Shown here piece after piece: positions 46,501-55,350 of a stretch of 64,000 bases of DNA. The notes under the pieces are model-generated. The model searched no databases, was not told the origin of the DNA, and was given only the letters and a program-made list of their open reading frames with translations. The position numbers and the translations under genes were made by a program. Where the stretch lies: contig LFCR01000004.1 in NCBI GenBank assembly GCA_001189215.1, positions 162,244 through 226,243 on the forward strand. The letters run 5' to 3'. The stretch's first letter is position 1, and the number at the start of each line of letters is the position of its first letter. The DNA comes from Parcubacteria bacterium C7867-008 (lineage in GTDB: Bacteria > Patescibacteriota > Minisyncoccia > Phycocordibacterales > Phycocordibacteraceae).

Positions 46501-47793
46501 TTATCTACTCTTCCATTGCAGGCTCTGACGAACCAACAGTTCCTGATCTTCAGGTGCACTTAGGAGTGCTTCAGTGATGCGTTCCGTACGAATAGACTGA
46601 GATCCCTTAATGAGGACTGCATCACCCTTACCAATGAGTTCAGTGAGGGCGGTAGCAGCTTCCTCTGACGTACTAAATTGTTGAATGGAGGTTTCGGACA
46701 TTCCTGCCTCTAGTGCTGCTGCTGCAATGCCACGTGCACGAATACCCACCGTCACAAGAAGATCTGTCTGGCGAGCAGCTAGGGTGCCAATGCGCTCATG
46801 CTCTTCGTGTGAGTAGCGACCAAGTTCGAGCATATCTCCGAGTATGGCAATACGGCGTAGGTTTTGTTCACCTGCAACGAGATTAAGCGATGCAAGTGCT
46901 TCAACGGTTGCCGTTGGTGATGAGTTATAGGAATCATCGATTAGGACAGCACCATCCTTACCACTTAAAATACGTGCACGACCAGGAGGTGGTGCAAAGG
47001 CCTTCAATCCTTCAAGCGCGTCTTCAACAGAAAGCCCGAGCGCTACCGCTGTTGCAACTGCCGCAGCTGGTGCATAGAGTGCTGGTTGTCCGACGGTGTC
47101 ATATACCGTAAGTGGAGATTCTTCGTCTGAGACTTTTAGTATCGCTTGCATACCTGACACACGACCACCTTCTACAAACACCTTTGGGTGTGTGATCCGA
47201 ACATCCGCTTGTTCGCCCACGCCAAACGTAAACGTACGCGCCGTGAGACGCGCACTCATAGCAATAGCATATTCATCTTCTGCATTCATGATGAGTGGCA
47301 TGCCTTCATCAAGTGCATACGCTGGATAGAACTCTTCTTCACGTACGGCTGCTGGTGTTGGATACGCTTCAACATGTACGGGCACTTCAGGAAGCTTTGT
47401 TACCACCACCGCGTCTGGTAGTGCGATCTTCATAATCTTAGCCAAATCACCAGGACGGTCGGCTCCCACCTCAAGTACCAGAAGATTTGGATAGTGGGTT
47501 GGGAAAAACCGTACTGCAAATGCTTCACCAAATACTCTAAGCCATGCAGCGGGGCTTGCCCACGGACTACCCACACCAATTATCGTGAGAGGAACACCAA
47601 ATTCACTGTTAAAACTCTTTTCACTTCTGCGGACATAATAGCCAGTTGAAAGAGCTGCAGCCACCGCATCTTTCGTAGAGGTCTTTCCCACACTTCCCGT
47701 CACCATCACAATCTTCGGCTTGTACTTCCGCACTATGCCAGCAGCAAGCCAGCCAAGTACTAGTGCGAAGAGGGTGCGGAGAAGTGATTTCAT
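46501..47793 (-). CDS. murF: UDP-MurNAc-tripeptide--D-Ala-D-Ala ligase
   Basis: VTGSVGKTSTK, NSEFGVPLT, DDSYNSSP, LGDMLELG, LIKGS. Confidence 0.93.
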   Translation of the reverse strand: MKSLLRTLFALVLGWLAAGIVRKYKPKIVMVTGSVGKTSTKDAVAAALSTGYYVRRSEKSFNSEFGVPLTIIGVGSPWASPAAWLRVFGEAFAVRFFPTHYPNLLVLEVGADRPGDLAKIMKIALPDAVVVTKLPEVPVHVEAYPTPAAVREEEFYPAYALDEGMPLIMNAEDEYAIAMSARLTARTFTFGVGEQADVRITHPKVFVEGGRVSGMQAILKVSDEESPLTVYDTVGQPALYAPAAAVATAVALGLSVEDALEGLKAFAPPPGRARILSGKDGAVLIDDSYNSSPTATVEALASLNLVAGEQNLRRIAILGDMLELGRYSHEEHERIGTLAARQTDLLVTVGIRARGIAAAALEAGMSETSIQQFSTSEEAATALTELIGKGDAVLIKGSQSIRTERITEALLSAPEDQELLVRQSLQWKSR

Positions 47794-47799
47794 AAATAG

Positions 47800-49527
47800 T
47801 TATCGAGTGTATGTTGCCCGATCTGGTGGCACATCATAATAATTGATCAAGAAGTGCGTAAGATCAATGAAGGGGTGGGTGAGAGTTTCAGATGCATACT
47901 GCACACCTTGAGGCTTTTTCGTATAGAGTAGAATGATGTACTTAGGATCTGAGGCTGGGAAATATCCGAAGAATGAGTGGAAATAGAGATTTTCGTAGTA
48001 TTTTCCATCAGGTCCTGCAATCTGTGCGGTACCCGTCTTTGCGGCTACGCTCATCTCAGGAATCTTCACGGTGCCGTTTCCAAGCTTATCGTCCACCACT
48101 TTCACCAGCATGCGAGTAGTGTCATCCACCGCAGTGGCACTAAAAACTTGCTGAGCATCACCCCACGAAAGTTTCTTGATCACCCCAGACTCCAATCGTA
48201 TACCGGTTGCGAGATGCGGGGTAACAATCTTTCCATGGTTTGCGAGTGCCCCCAAGCCTCGAATCGTCTCCACGGGCGTGGTCGCAATACCCTGCCCGAA
48301 GGAGGCCGTATCATACTCCACATCGCGAGGACTTTCCAAGTTATGGATATCACCCCGAATCTCACTAGGTAAGTCTATGCCTGTTTCAGTACCAAAGCCA
48401 AGTTTGGTGAAATAGGTCCGGAATCCAGAGTGCCCTACCTTAGTAGCAATAAACGAAGCACCGACGTTAAGGGACTGGGAGAGGATCTCCTGCATTGGTA
48501 TGGTACCGCGCGCCTTGAGGTCGTAGTTACAAATACGCTTCTTGTTCACTTCAATACACCCCGTATCGTTATACACCGTCTCTGGGGTTATTACTCCGGC
48601 GTCCAGACCAGACGCCATGGTGAGTGCTTTGAATATAGAACCAAACTCATAACGACTCTCTACCAAGTGATTACTAAAATGATTACTATCCTCCCCTTGG
48701 AAGTTATTGGGATCAAATGATGGATACACATCCATAGCAATGATCTCTCCGGTGGCAGGGTCCATGATGATGCCACCCGTTTCCTCACTTCCATACTGAT
48801 CATTAATTGCCTTAAGAGTCTGGTCTAGTTTCTCTAGCACAATTGGCTCAATCGATGTGATGACATCTCCCTGCCGTGCGGTCTTAGGATCTGATACGAC
48901 GCTATCAAGGTTTGCAAAGAGTTCAGCAAAGAAGTTGCCGAAGGCACCATCTCCCTGCTGATGAAGTACATCATCGTAGTACCGCTCAAGCCCGAATCGT
49001 CCTGCGATGGTGTTGTCGTCAAGGTATCCCGTGAAGCCAATAGACTGTGCTGCTTTCTCTTTTGCGGGATAGGTACGCCAACGCTCACGTTCAACGATTA
49101 CACCTGGAATATCTTTGGCAGAGAGTGCACGTCCCACTTCATCATCCACATGGTGCCCGATAACTTCATAGGGATCTTCCTTCTTCTGTGCCGAAGCAAA
49201 GAACTCATCTCTATTTGCATCCGGTACTGCTTCAAGAATTGCAGCATAGGCTGCTTCTGGATCCTTAAGGTGTGATGGATCAATAGCAACCAGGAAACCT
49301 GTTGCGACAGTCGCTGCTGAAAGATAGGTACCATCCTTACGAGTAAAGAGAATAGAGCCGCGATCATAGAGTTCCTGACTCGAGCTCACATACTGACGCT
49401 CTGCACGAAGAGAATATTCCTGAGCGTGTACGATCTGTACGAAATAGAGGCGCAGTACGAGAAAGAGCGCCAAGAAAATGATGACGCCAGAGACGATACG
49501 TAATCGCAATCTGAACGCCCTTCGCAT
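47800..49527 (-). CDS. ftsI: Class B penicillin-binding protein (FtsI)
   Basis: EFGSIFK, SLN, KTGTAQ; in mraZ operon. Confidence 0.88.
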   Translation of the reverse strand: MRRAFRLRLRIVSGVIIFLALFLVLRLYFVQIVHAQEYSLRAERQYVSSSQELYDRGSILFTRKDGTYLSAATVATGFLVAIDPSHLKDPEAAYAAILEAVPDANRDEFFASAQKKEDPYEVIGHHVDDEVGRALSAKDIPGVIVERERWRTYPAKEKAAQSIGFTGYLDDNTIAGRFGLERYYDDVLHQQGDGAFGNFFAELFANLDSVVSDPKTARQGDVITSIEPIVLEKLDQTLKAINDQYGSEETGGIIMDPATGEIIAMDVYPSFDPNNFQGEDSNHFSNHLVESRYEFGSIFKALTMASGLDAGVITPETVYNDTGCIEVNKKRICNYDLKARGTIPMQEILSQSLNVGASFIATKVGHSGFRTYFTKLGFGTETGIDLPSEIRGDIHNLESPRDVEYDTASFGQGIATTPVETIRGLGALANHGKIVTPHLATGIRLESGVIKKLSWGDAQQVFSATAVDDTTRMLVKVVDDKLGNGTVKIPEMSVAAKTGTAQIAGPDGKYYENLYFHSFFGYFPASDPKYIILLYTKKPQGVQYASETLTHPFIDLTHFLINYYDVPPDRATYTR

Positions 49528-49528
49528 A

Positions 49529-49822
49529 TTAGCGGCCAGCGAACGTCAGCCCGTCTGGAAGGTTTGCTGCAGCTACATATTGCACATGTGCAGGACGTAC
49601 GAATCCAAGAGAATAGGGGTTCGTGGAATCAAGAGTACTGATTGATGCATAATACTTGGTTTCAAGCGTACCAATTGCTGCCTGCGCATCACGAATGGAA
49701 CTCAGTGCCTGTGTTTGCCAGGTGGCAAAGAGGATCGTAGTGACGATCAGTCCCAGATAGACCATCACCAACGCGCCGGCAGAAACGGTAAGGACAGGAA
49801 TGAAACGAGTTGGCATGGTCAT
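49529..49822 (-). CDS. FtsL-like small TM + coiled-coil protein
   Basis: Position between rsmH and ftsI; TM, helix, LGFVRP. Confidence 0.6.
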   Translation of the reverse strand: MTMPTRFIPVLTVSAGALVMVYLGLIVTTILFATWQTQALSSIRDAQAAIGTLETKYYASISTLDSTNPYSLGFVRPAHVQYVAAANLPDGLTFAGR

Positions 49823-49827
49823 ACAGG

Positions 49828-50775
49828 TTATACAAGTGATAATGCGGATCGATCGAACGCTTCAGTGCAGGCAGCTTGTCCGTTGCAGCGTTCAAAGACA
49901 CGGAGCTTCGCACTGCGTGAGCGCGGATTCTTCGTCATCTCTGCAGTGGTTGGTACGAGTGGTTTCTTGTTAACGAGCTTCCCAGTTCCCTGGTACACCG
50001 CATCACGGAACATTCCCTTTACGATGCGGTCTTCAATGCTATGGAAGGTAATAACAGCAATACGACCACCAGGAGCGAGATGTGTGAGTGCACCAGTGAG
50101 CCCAGCGCGCAGTGCACCAAGCTCATCGTTCACAGCAATACGAAGTGCCTGGAAGGTTTTTGTTGCAGGGTGTAGGCGGCGATGCTGATACCAGCTTGGT
50201 GTTCCTGCAGTTACTGCCTCTGCAAGTTCAGATGTGGTGAGGATAGGGCTGTTCTTACGGGTCGTCACAATAGAACGAGCAATACCTCGTGAGAACCGTT
50301 CTTCGCCGTACGTAAAGATAATGTCTGAGAGTTCTTCCTCAGTTGCTGAATTAACAAGGTCGGCTGCAGTCTTCCCTTCTTCAGGAGAACCGTAGGTCAT
50401 GTAGAGAGGCTCTTCTGCTTTAAATGAGAAACCTCTGCCAGCAGTTAAGTGGAAGCTACTCCACCCAAGATCAAAGAGTGCTTTGTCTATAGTCTCAATA
50501 CCTTCGTGCTCAAGAATAGCTTCCAGGTTTCGGAAGTTGTCGTGAGCAAGTATGGTGCGTGGACCTTCTGAATCTTGTACAACGAGAGCTGCTCGTTTGA
50601 TTGCGTCTTCATCTGCATCAATACCAATAAGGGTGCCTTCTGCACCAAGGCGACTGCGTAGTTCACGGAAGTGCCCTGCTCCACCAATGGTTCCATCTAC
50701 AACAACGTCATCAGCCTGTATATCAAGACTTTCGAGACACTCGTTCAATAGAACACTTTCGTGGACCTGTTCCAT
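49828..50775 (-). CDS. rsmH: 16S rRNA m4C1402 methyltransferase
   Basis: HESVLL, DGTIGGAGH, DLGWSS, FQALRIAVNDEL, FHSIEDR, NPRSRSAKLR. Confidence 0.96.
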   Translation of the reverse strand: MEQVHESVLLNECLESLDIQADDVVVDGTIGGAGHFRELRSRLGAEGTLIGIDADEDAIKRAALVVQDSEGPRTILAHDNFRNLEAILEHEGIETIDKALFDLGWSSFHLTAGRGFSFKAEEPLYMTYGSPEEGKTAADLVNSATEEELSDIIFTYGEERFSRGIARSIVTTRKNSPILTTSELAEAVTAGTPSWYQHRRLHPATKTFQALRIAVNDELGALRAGLTGALTHLAPGGRIAVITFHSIEDRIVKGMFRDAVYQGTGKLVNKKPLVPTTAEMTKNPRSRSAKLRVFERCNGQAACTEAFDRSALSLV

Positions 50776-50777
50776 AC

Positions 50778-51197
50778 CTATGCAAGCGTTTCCGCTAGTT
50801 CGTCAGCAGTGCTTTCAATCTCCTTTGTGTAGGACTCCCATGCGGCTTCGTCCCAAATCTCAACACGCTCGTTCACTCCAGCAATAACACTCTTCACACC
50901 GAGCGTTGCAAAGCTCTTGAGATAATCCGGAACAAGAATGCGTCCTGCAGAATCAACATCTGCTTCGTTAGCACCGGCAAGCATGAGGCGGGAGAGTCCG
51001 CGTCCTGCCTTACTGCCAGTAGAGTGTGCTGCCAACTTCGCTGCTTCTTTCTTCCATGCTGTTTTTGGATAGACAAACAGACAGTGATCAAGACCGCGTG
51101 TAACGATAACGGAGCCACCAAGTTCCTTCCGAAACTTAGCCGGAAGTGATATGCGATTCTTCGCATCAAAGGTGTGACGGTATTCTCCGATGAACAT
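50778..51197 (-). CDS. mraZ: Division/cell wall cluster repressor MraZ
   Basis: MFIGEY.HTFDAKNRISLP, DSAGRILVP, RVEIWD. Confidence 0.96.
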   Translation of the reverse strand: MFIGEYRHTFDAKNRISLPAKFRKELGGSVIVTRGLDHCLFVYPKTAWKKEAAKLAAHSTGSKAGRGLSRLMLAGANEADVDSAGRILVPDYLKSFATLGVKSVIAGVNERVEIWDEAAWESYTKEIESTADELAETLA

Positions 51198-51235
51198 TAG
51201 TGAGTGGCAGCGGTTTGAGAGGAATGTGATTCATT

Positions 51236-51301
51236 CCCACTTCATCCCACTAGTTAGTAAGTATATGACACAACTTCCCACCATGCCCTATTTATCCCCA
51301 C
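51236..51301 (-). promoter_or_regulatory. mraZ promoter with MraZ-box repeats
   Basis: GTGGG (CCCAC on +) at 51236, 51246, 51277 and 51297, ~10-bp phased around TATACT 51265-51260. Confidence 0.7.
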
Positions 51302-51359
51302 AACTAAGGGTTATTTGTCCTTTGACAGGTACGCTTCATACCCTGTATGCTTGGAGGAC

Positions 51360-51443
51360 ATGGTTTCTTACGTCCGCTACTTTATCTTCAAGCATATCTT
51401 CGGCCTTACCCCGGTCGAGGTTTCGATTGAGATTTCTAAGTAG
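51360..51443 (+). CDS. Putative 27-aa leader peptide MVSYVRYFIFKHIFGLTPVEVSIEISK
   Basis: TTGACA 51322 / TATGCT 51346, GGAGG, ATG 51360, TAG 51443. Confidence 0.55.
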   Translation: MVSYVRYFIFKHIFGLTPVEVSIEISK

Positions 51444-51466
51444 CAGGACTTCCCCACAGAAATTTG

Positions 51467-51508
51467 AATCGAGGCTTTGACCGGTAGTCAAAGCCTCGAT
51501 TTTCGTTT
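51467..51508 (+). terminator. Leader (attenuator-type) terminator
   Basis: Perfect 15-bp stem AATCGAGGCTTTGAC/GTCAAAGCCTCGATT then TTCGTTT. Confidence 0.7.
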
Positions 51509-51540
51509 AGTCCTTTCACTGTAGAAGAAGAGGGAGAGAT

Positions 51541-52032
51541 ATGCGTACGTCTATGAAAGTTTCCTACGGCGTTTTCCCGGGAGATACCTACGCCGTCAAT
51601 GCGCTTACACGACTCCGTGAACTGATCAGCACAGGAACCAGCGAAGGCTCTGCTGCACATCTGTCGGAGTGTCTCATCACAGATTCCGACGACGTCACCC
51701 CAGATATGGTGGTCTTCCTGACACCGAAGAAGCTGGAATTTGCGGGACGATATTTCCGTGTCCTGCAGCTTGCAAACAAGCAATCACAGAATCGGGGACG
51801 ATTCCTGGACCTCGTCCCTGAACACGCACATATAGCAACACGGTTCGTCTTCGTGAACCAGGGAGCCAATCAACTGCAACGCGATCAGCGGACAGGCACC
51901 CTGAAGGCAGATATAGCACTCATGGGTGTTCATGGGACCTTCGGGGGATGCCAGTTGCGACGATCAGCAGTAGCGTCAATGGTAAAGGGTCAACACGACC
52001 GCATGCGACCTCCCTATTTCGTAAGCGTCTGA
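51541..52032 (+). CDS. Hypothetical protein (orphan)
   Basis: SD GAGGGAG; terminator at 52052-52084. Confidence 0.7.
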   Translation: MRTSMKVSYGVFPGDTYAVNALTRLRELISTGTSEGSAAHLSECLITDSDDVTPDMVVFLTPKKLEFAGRYFRVLQLANKQSQNRGRFLDLVPEHAHIATRFVFVNQGANQLQRDQRTGTLKADIALMGVHGTFGGCQLRRSAVASMVKGQHDRMRPPYFVSV

Positions 52033-52051
52033 TTCGTACACGCTTCAAAGC

Positions 52052-52084
52052 GATGGCGCCCCTTGTGGGCGCCATCTTCTTTTA
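52052..52084 (+). terminator. Terminator
   Basis: GATGGCGCCC/GGGCGCCATC then TTCTTTT. Confidence 0.75.
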
Positions 52085-52086
52085 TA

Positions 52087-53556
52087 TTAGTCAGTACGAG
52101 GCCGCATGAGTGGGAAGATCTGTCCCTCTCGGATTGAAACTCCTTCCATAACACTGAAGAGTCTTTCTGAGACACCAAAACCAAATGCTGGTGGCATACC
52201 ATACTCAAGTGCCTCTACATATGAGGTGTCATTCATCTGCGCTTCGTCATCTCCTTGATCACGCAGTTCTTGCTGGTGCGCAAAGCGTCCTGCTTGATCG
52301 ATTGGATCATTGAGTTCGGTAAAACCCTTACCCATCTCTGAACCTCCGAGGATCACTTGGAAGCGCTCCACCACTCGGTTGTCTTCTTTGCTACGCTTAG
52401 CCAGCGGCTCCATGTATGCAGGAACCCCAATGAGGAAACCAGGTCCAGAGAGTCCTTTGCGAATCTGCTTCCAGAGAAGATCAATACCGCGTTCTTTATT
52501 AAATCCATCTTCTGGTACTGGAATATGTGCCTTCTCCATTGCCTTAGCAACTGCATCTGCATCTGTCTCAAGAGGATCAACACCGTATGCCTCCTTGATG
52601 AGTGAGCAGTAGTCATAGGTGTGCCATGCAGCACCGAAGTCTACTTCTACATCCTTGATCATGAATACACGAGTGCCGTACACCTCGTCGGCAATGGTGC
52701 GGTACATATCAGTGATCATGTTCATACCGTGACGATAATCTTCGAATGCTTCGTAGAACTCGAGTTGTGTGTAGTCCTGCGCGTGCTCGAAAGACATTCC
52801 TTCATTACGGAAGATACGACCGATCTCAAACACCTTAGGGAGACCAGCAACCATGAGTCTCTTCTGCCATAATTCTCCTGCTGAGATGCGAAGATATACA
52901 TCGATATCCAGTGCGTTGTGATGGGTTACGAACGGACGTGCGTCTGCACCTCCCGTGGTAGTTTCAAGTACTGGTGTCTCAACTTCAATAAATCCTTTCT
53001 TCAGGAGGTACGTACGGATGACATTCCAGAACATTGATCGGCGACGAATACGATCTGCAGTTTCTTTCGAAAGAAGAATATCCAAGTATCGCTTACGGAA
53101 GCGCTCGTCCTCATCTTTGATGCCATAGAATTCATCGGGTACCGGCGTGAGGGATTTGGCGAGCATGCGCCATCCTGCTGCTTGGAGTGAGCGCATACCG
53201 CGCTTGGTGGTAAATGCGAAGCCCGGCACCTCAATGATGTCTCCGGTATCTACGGCCTGTTTGAAGAGATCAAACAATTCCTGCTTCAGATCTGCATCCT
53301 GCTGGAATACCACTTGTGCCTTTTCAGTACCATCAAAGAGATCCACGAACATAACTCCTCCTTGATCACGAATGCTCATGATACGCCCGGCAAGGTTTAT
53401 AAGCGCATGTTCACGTTCAAGCGCTTGATGCTTAAACATGAAATCACTGATCGTATGTGACCGATTACTCTGCGCTGGATATGCTTCCATACCTGCCTCT
53501 TTGAGTATTTCTATCTTAGCGAGCCGCTCTTTGCGGATCGTTTCTACATCTGCCAT
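52087..53556 (-). CDS. lysS: Lysine--tRNA ligase (class II)
   Basis: RFRKRYLD, GGADARPF, FEIGRIFRNEG, ALEYGMPP. Confidence 0.97.
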   Translation of the reverse strand: MADVETIRKERLAKIEILKEAGMEAYPAQSNRSHTISDFMFKHQALEREHALINLAGRIMSIRDQGGVMFVDLFDGTEKAQVVFQQDADLKQELFDLFKQAVDTGDIIEVPGFAFTTKRGMRSLQAAGWRMLAKSLTPVPDEFYGIKDEDERFRKRYLDILLSKETADRIRRRSMFWNVIRTYLLKKGFIEVETPVLETTTGGADARPFVTHHNALDIDVYLRISAGELWQKRLMVAGLPKVFEIGRIFRNEGMSFEHAQDYTQLEFYEAFEDYRHGMNMITDMYRTIADEVYGTRVFMIKDVEVDFGAAWHTYDYCSLIKEAYGVDPLETDADAVAKAMEKAHIPVPEDGFNKERGIDLLWKQIRKGLSGPGFLIGVPAYMEPLAKRSKEDNRVVERFQVILGGSEMGKGFTELNDPIDQAGRFAHQQELRDQGDDEAQMNDTSYVEALEYGMPPAFGFGVSERLFSVMEGVSIREGQIFPLMRPRTD

Positions 53557-53651
53557 ATGTCCCTACATTACCACATATTGCTCTTTGAAGGTTTAGTAGT
53601 ATGGTGCGAATAGGATGTGGTATCACACCACACAAACGCGGGAGCAATGCC

Positions 53652-53834
53652 ATGCTTGTGGTGTCCTTTTGTCTTTCAACGATTCTGATGTTCGGGTCAC
53701 TCGCAATGTGGATATACACCTCTTTTGCGGACCCTGATCATCCGAACTCATACTGGATAGCGATGCTCAGCTTCGCAGCCATAACCTTCGTACTATCAGT
53801 TGCGCTGAGTCTTCGACGGGGCAGGCGCGCTTGA
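53652..53834 (+). CDS. Small two-TM orphan protein
   Basis: SD GGGAG; two hydrophobic helices, basic tail. Confidence 0.55.
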   Translation: MLVVSFCLSTILMFGSLAMWIYTSFADPDHPNSYWIAMLSFAAITFVLSVALSLRRGRRA

Positions 53835-53847
53835 TGATGGCGGTCCG

Positions 53848-53882
53848 AAAGAAAAACCTCCGCGGCGACGCGGAGGACTTTC
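53848..53882. terminator. Bidirectional terminator (greA / small orphan)
   Basis: CCTCCGCG/CGCGGAGG with A and T flanks. Confidence 0.7.
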
Positions 53883-53891
53883 TATTTCTAC

Positions 53892-54365
53892 TTACGCTAC
53901 CTTCTCTACGTGATACGTTTGTTTTCCGTTTGGCGTTTCAAAGGTGAAGCTATCTCCCTTCCTCTTTCCCATAAGTGCAGCACCAAGTGGTGATACATGT
54001 GAGAGTTTGTGTGCACGCATGTCTGCTTCTTCAGAGCCGACAATCATGTACTCGTGCATATCAGAACCACCATCTTTCTTGATGACTACTGAAGAACCGA
54101 ATCCCACAACATCCTTCTTCTTACCGTCAGTGACGATCTTTGCACGCTTTACGAGCTCTTCGAGTTTACGAATACGTTCTTCTGTTGCCGCTTGGAGATC
54201 GCGCGCCTCCTGATACTCTGCGTTCTCAGAGAGATCTCCAAGTGAACGAGCGTATTCAAGATTTTTTGCAATTTCAGTACGACGAACGGTCTTAAGGTTT
54301 TCGAGTTCCTTAACCATCTCGTCGAACTTCTCTTGGCTGACCATTGTTTCTTGTTCAGTCATCAT
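53892..54365 (-). CDS. greA: Transcription elongation factor GreA
   Basis: ARSLGDLSENAEY, IVGSEEAD, SPLGAALMG. Confidence 0.96.
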   Translation of the reverse strand: MMTEQETMVSQEKFDEMVKELENLKTVRRTEIAKNLEYARSLGDLSENAEYQEARDLQAATEERIRKLEELVKRAKIVTDGKKKDVVGFGSSVVIKKDGGSDMHEYMIVGSEEADMRAHKLSHVSPLGAALMGKRKGDSFTFETPNGKQTYHVEKVA

Positions 54366-54424
54366 GTGAAATTAATATGAAAGTACCCGTATTGTACGTG
54401 GCGCAGCTGGCGCGTCAACAAGTG

Positions 54425-54457
54425 AAAAAGAGGGCCCCCATGCTTGCGCATGGGGGC
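54425..54457 (-). terminator. Terminator of orphan 54476-55183
   Basis: GCCCCCATGC/GCATGGGGGC with T-run on minus strand. Confidence 0.75.
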
Positions 54458-54475
54458 GAGATAATCCGGATTCTA

Positions 54476-55183
54476 TTATTGAGGGTTGGCGAAGGCCAGC
54501 AGCTTCCGCTCGTCGAGGTTTCGAACGACGAAAGTCATATCGTCGGGACCAATCGGTCCCGTGCCGGCAATCTTCTTCACGATAATATTCCATTTCCCTT
54601 CGTAGGGTCGGAGAATGCCGATACAGTCTTCATCCTTCCCTGTGTCGAGAAAGAAGTACGTCGGCTCGTCCGTCGTGTTGATCGAGAGAGGCAGGTCGCC
54701 GGTCAGAGCATGCAATGCCATCGCTTCGGCTTGCGCGAGCGTGAGCGTATAGCCGAGAGCTCGCACCGTCTGTCCAAACGGCATATGAAAGGAAAGCTCT
54801 CGAAACCCGGGAAGCTGTTCGGCGATCTGACGAAGATTGGATCTCTCCGTCAGACGCAACTTTGTGCCGATGCAGACGTTTGAACTCGACTGGCGTCCAG
54901 AGAACTGGGTTGCGGAAATCGATCGCTGCAGCCATGAATCTCCCACGCAGCATTCGGCGGTGTCCTTCTCCACGGTGTCAGGAATATAGAAACATCCCTG
55001 AGTCGTGAAGCGAGACGGTTCACGATATTTCTCGATCAGCCGTTCGAGCTCCACATCGAAGCCGTTCTTCCTTCGGCGAATGTGGTCCCCTTGGCGTTTG
55101 TTCAGGCCCTTGAGAAGTTTGGTCAGGGTGTCATGAAGCTCGCGCTTCGTGTTTCCGGACGCATTAACCTTACGTTCAAGCAT
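54476..55183 (-). CDS. Hypothetical protein (GC-rich orphan)
   Basis: TTGACA promoter at 55343-55312, long hairpin leader, SD GGAG. Confidence 0.75.
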   Translation of the reverse strand: MLERKVNASGNTKRELHDTLTKLLKGLNKRQGDHIRRRKNGFDVELERLIEKYREPSRFTTQGCFYIPDTVEKDTAECCVGDSWLQRSISATQFSGRQSSSNVCIGTKLRLTERSNLRQIAEQLPGFRELSFHMPFGQTVRALGYTLTLAQAEAMALHALTGDLPLSINTTDEPTYFFLDTGKDEDCIGILRPYEGKWNIIVKKIAGTGPIGPDDMTFVVRNLDERKLLAFANPQ

Positions 55184-55350
55184 GGTAGTCTCCAGCCCGG
55201 TTATTTAACGGCAGGGCGCGCCTTCTCCCCTCTCTGTGAGGTGAGCTCTCTAGCGCCTAGATAAGGCGCCACAGAGCTCACCTCAAGAATCCATAATCAA
55301 AGAGCAGCAAGTACTATAATACATATATTACGGTATTTGTCAATTTGTCG

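Noticed and set aside
2963-55343. Module hairpins as integron attC sites or a REP family; recurring ACCGCCCA (2964, 26448, 43891)
   Set aside because: The stems share no common sequence or RYYYAAC/GTTRRRY ends and look like ordinary terminators; the 8-mer recurrence could be chance.
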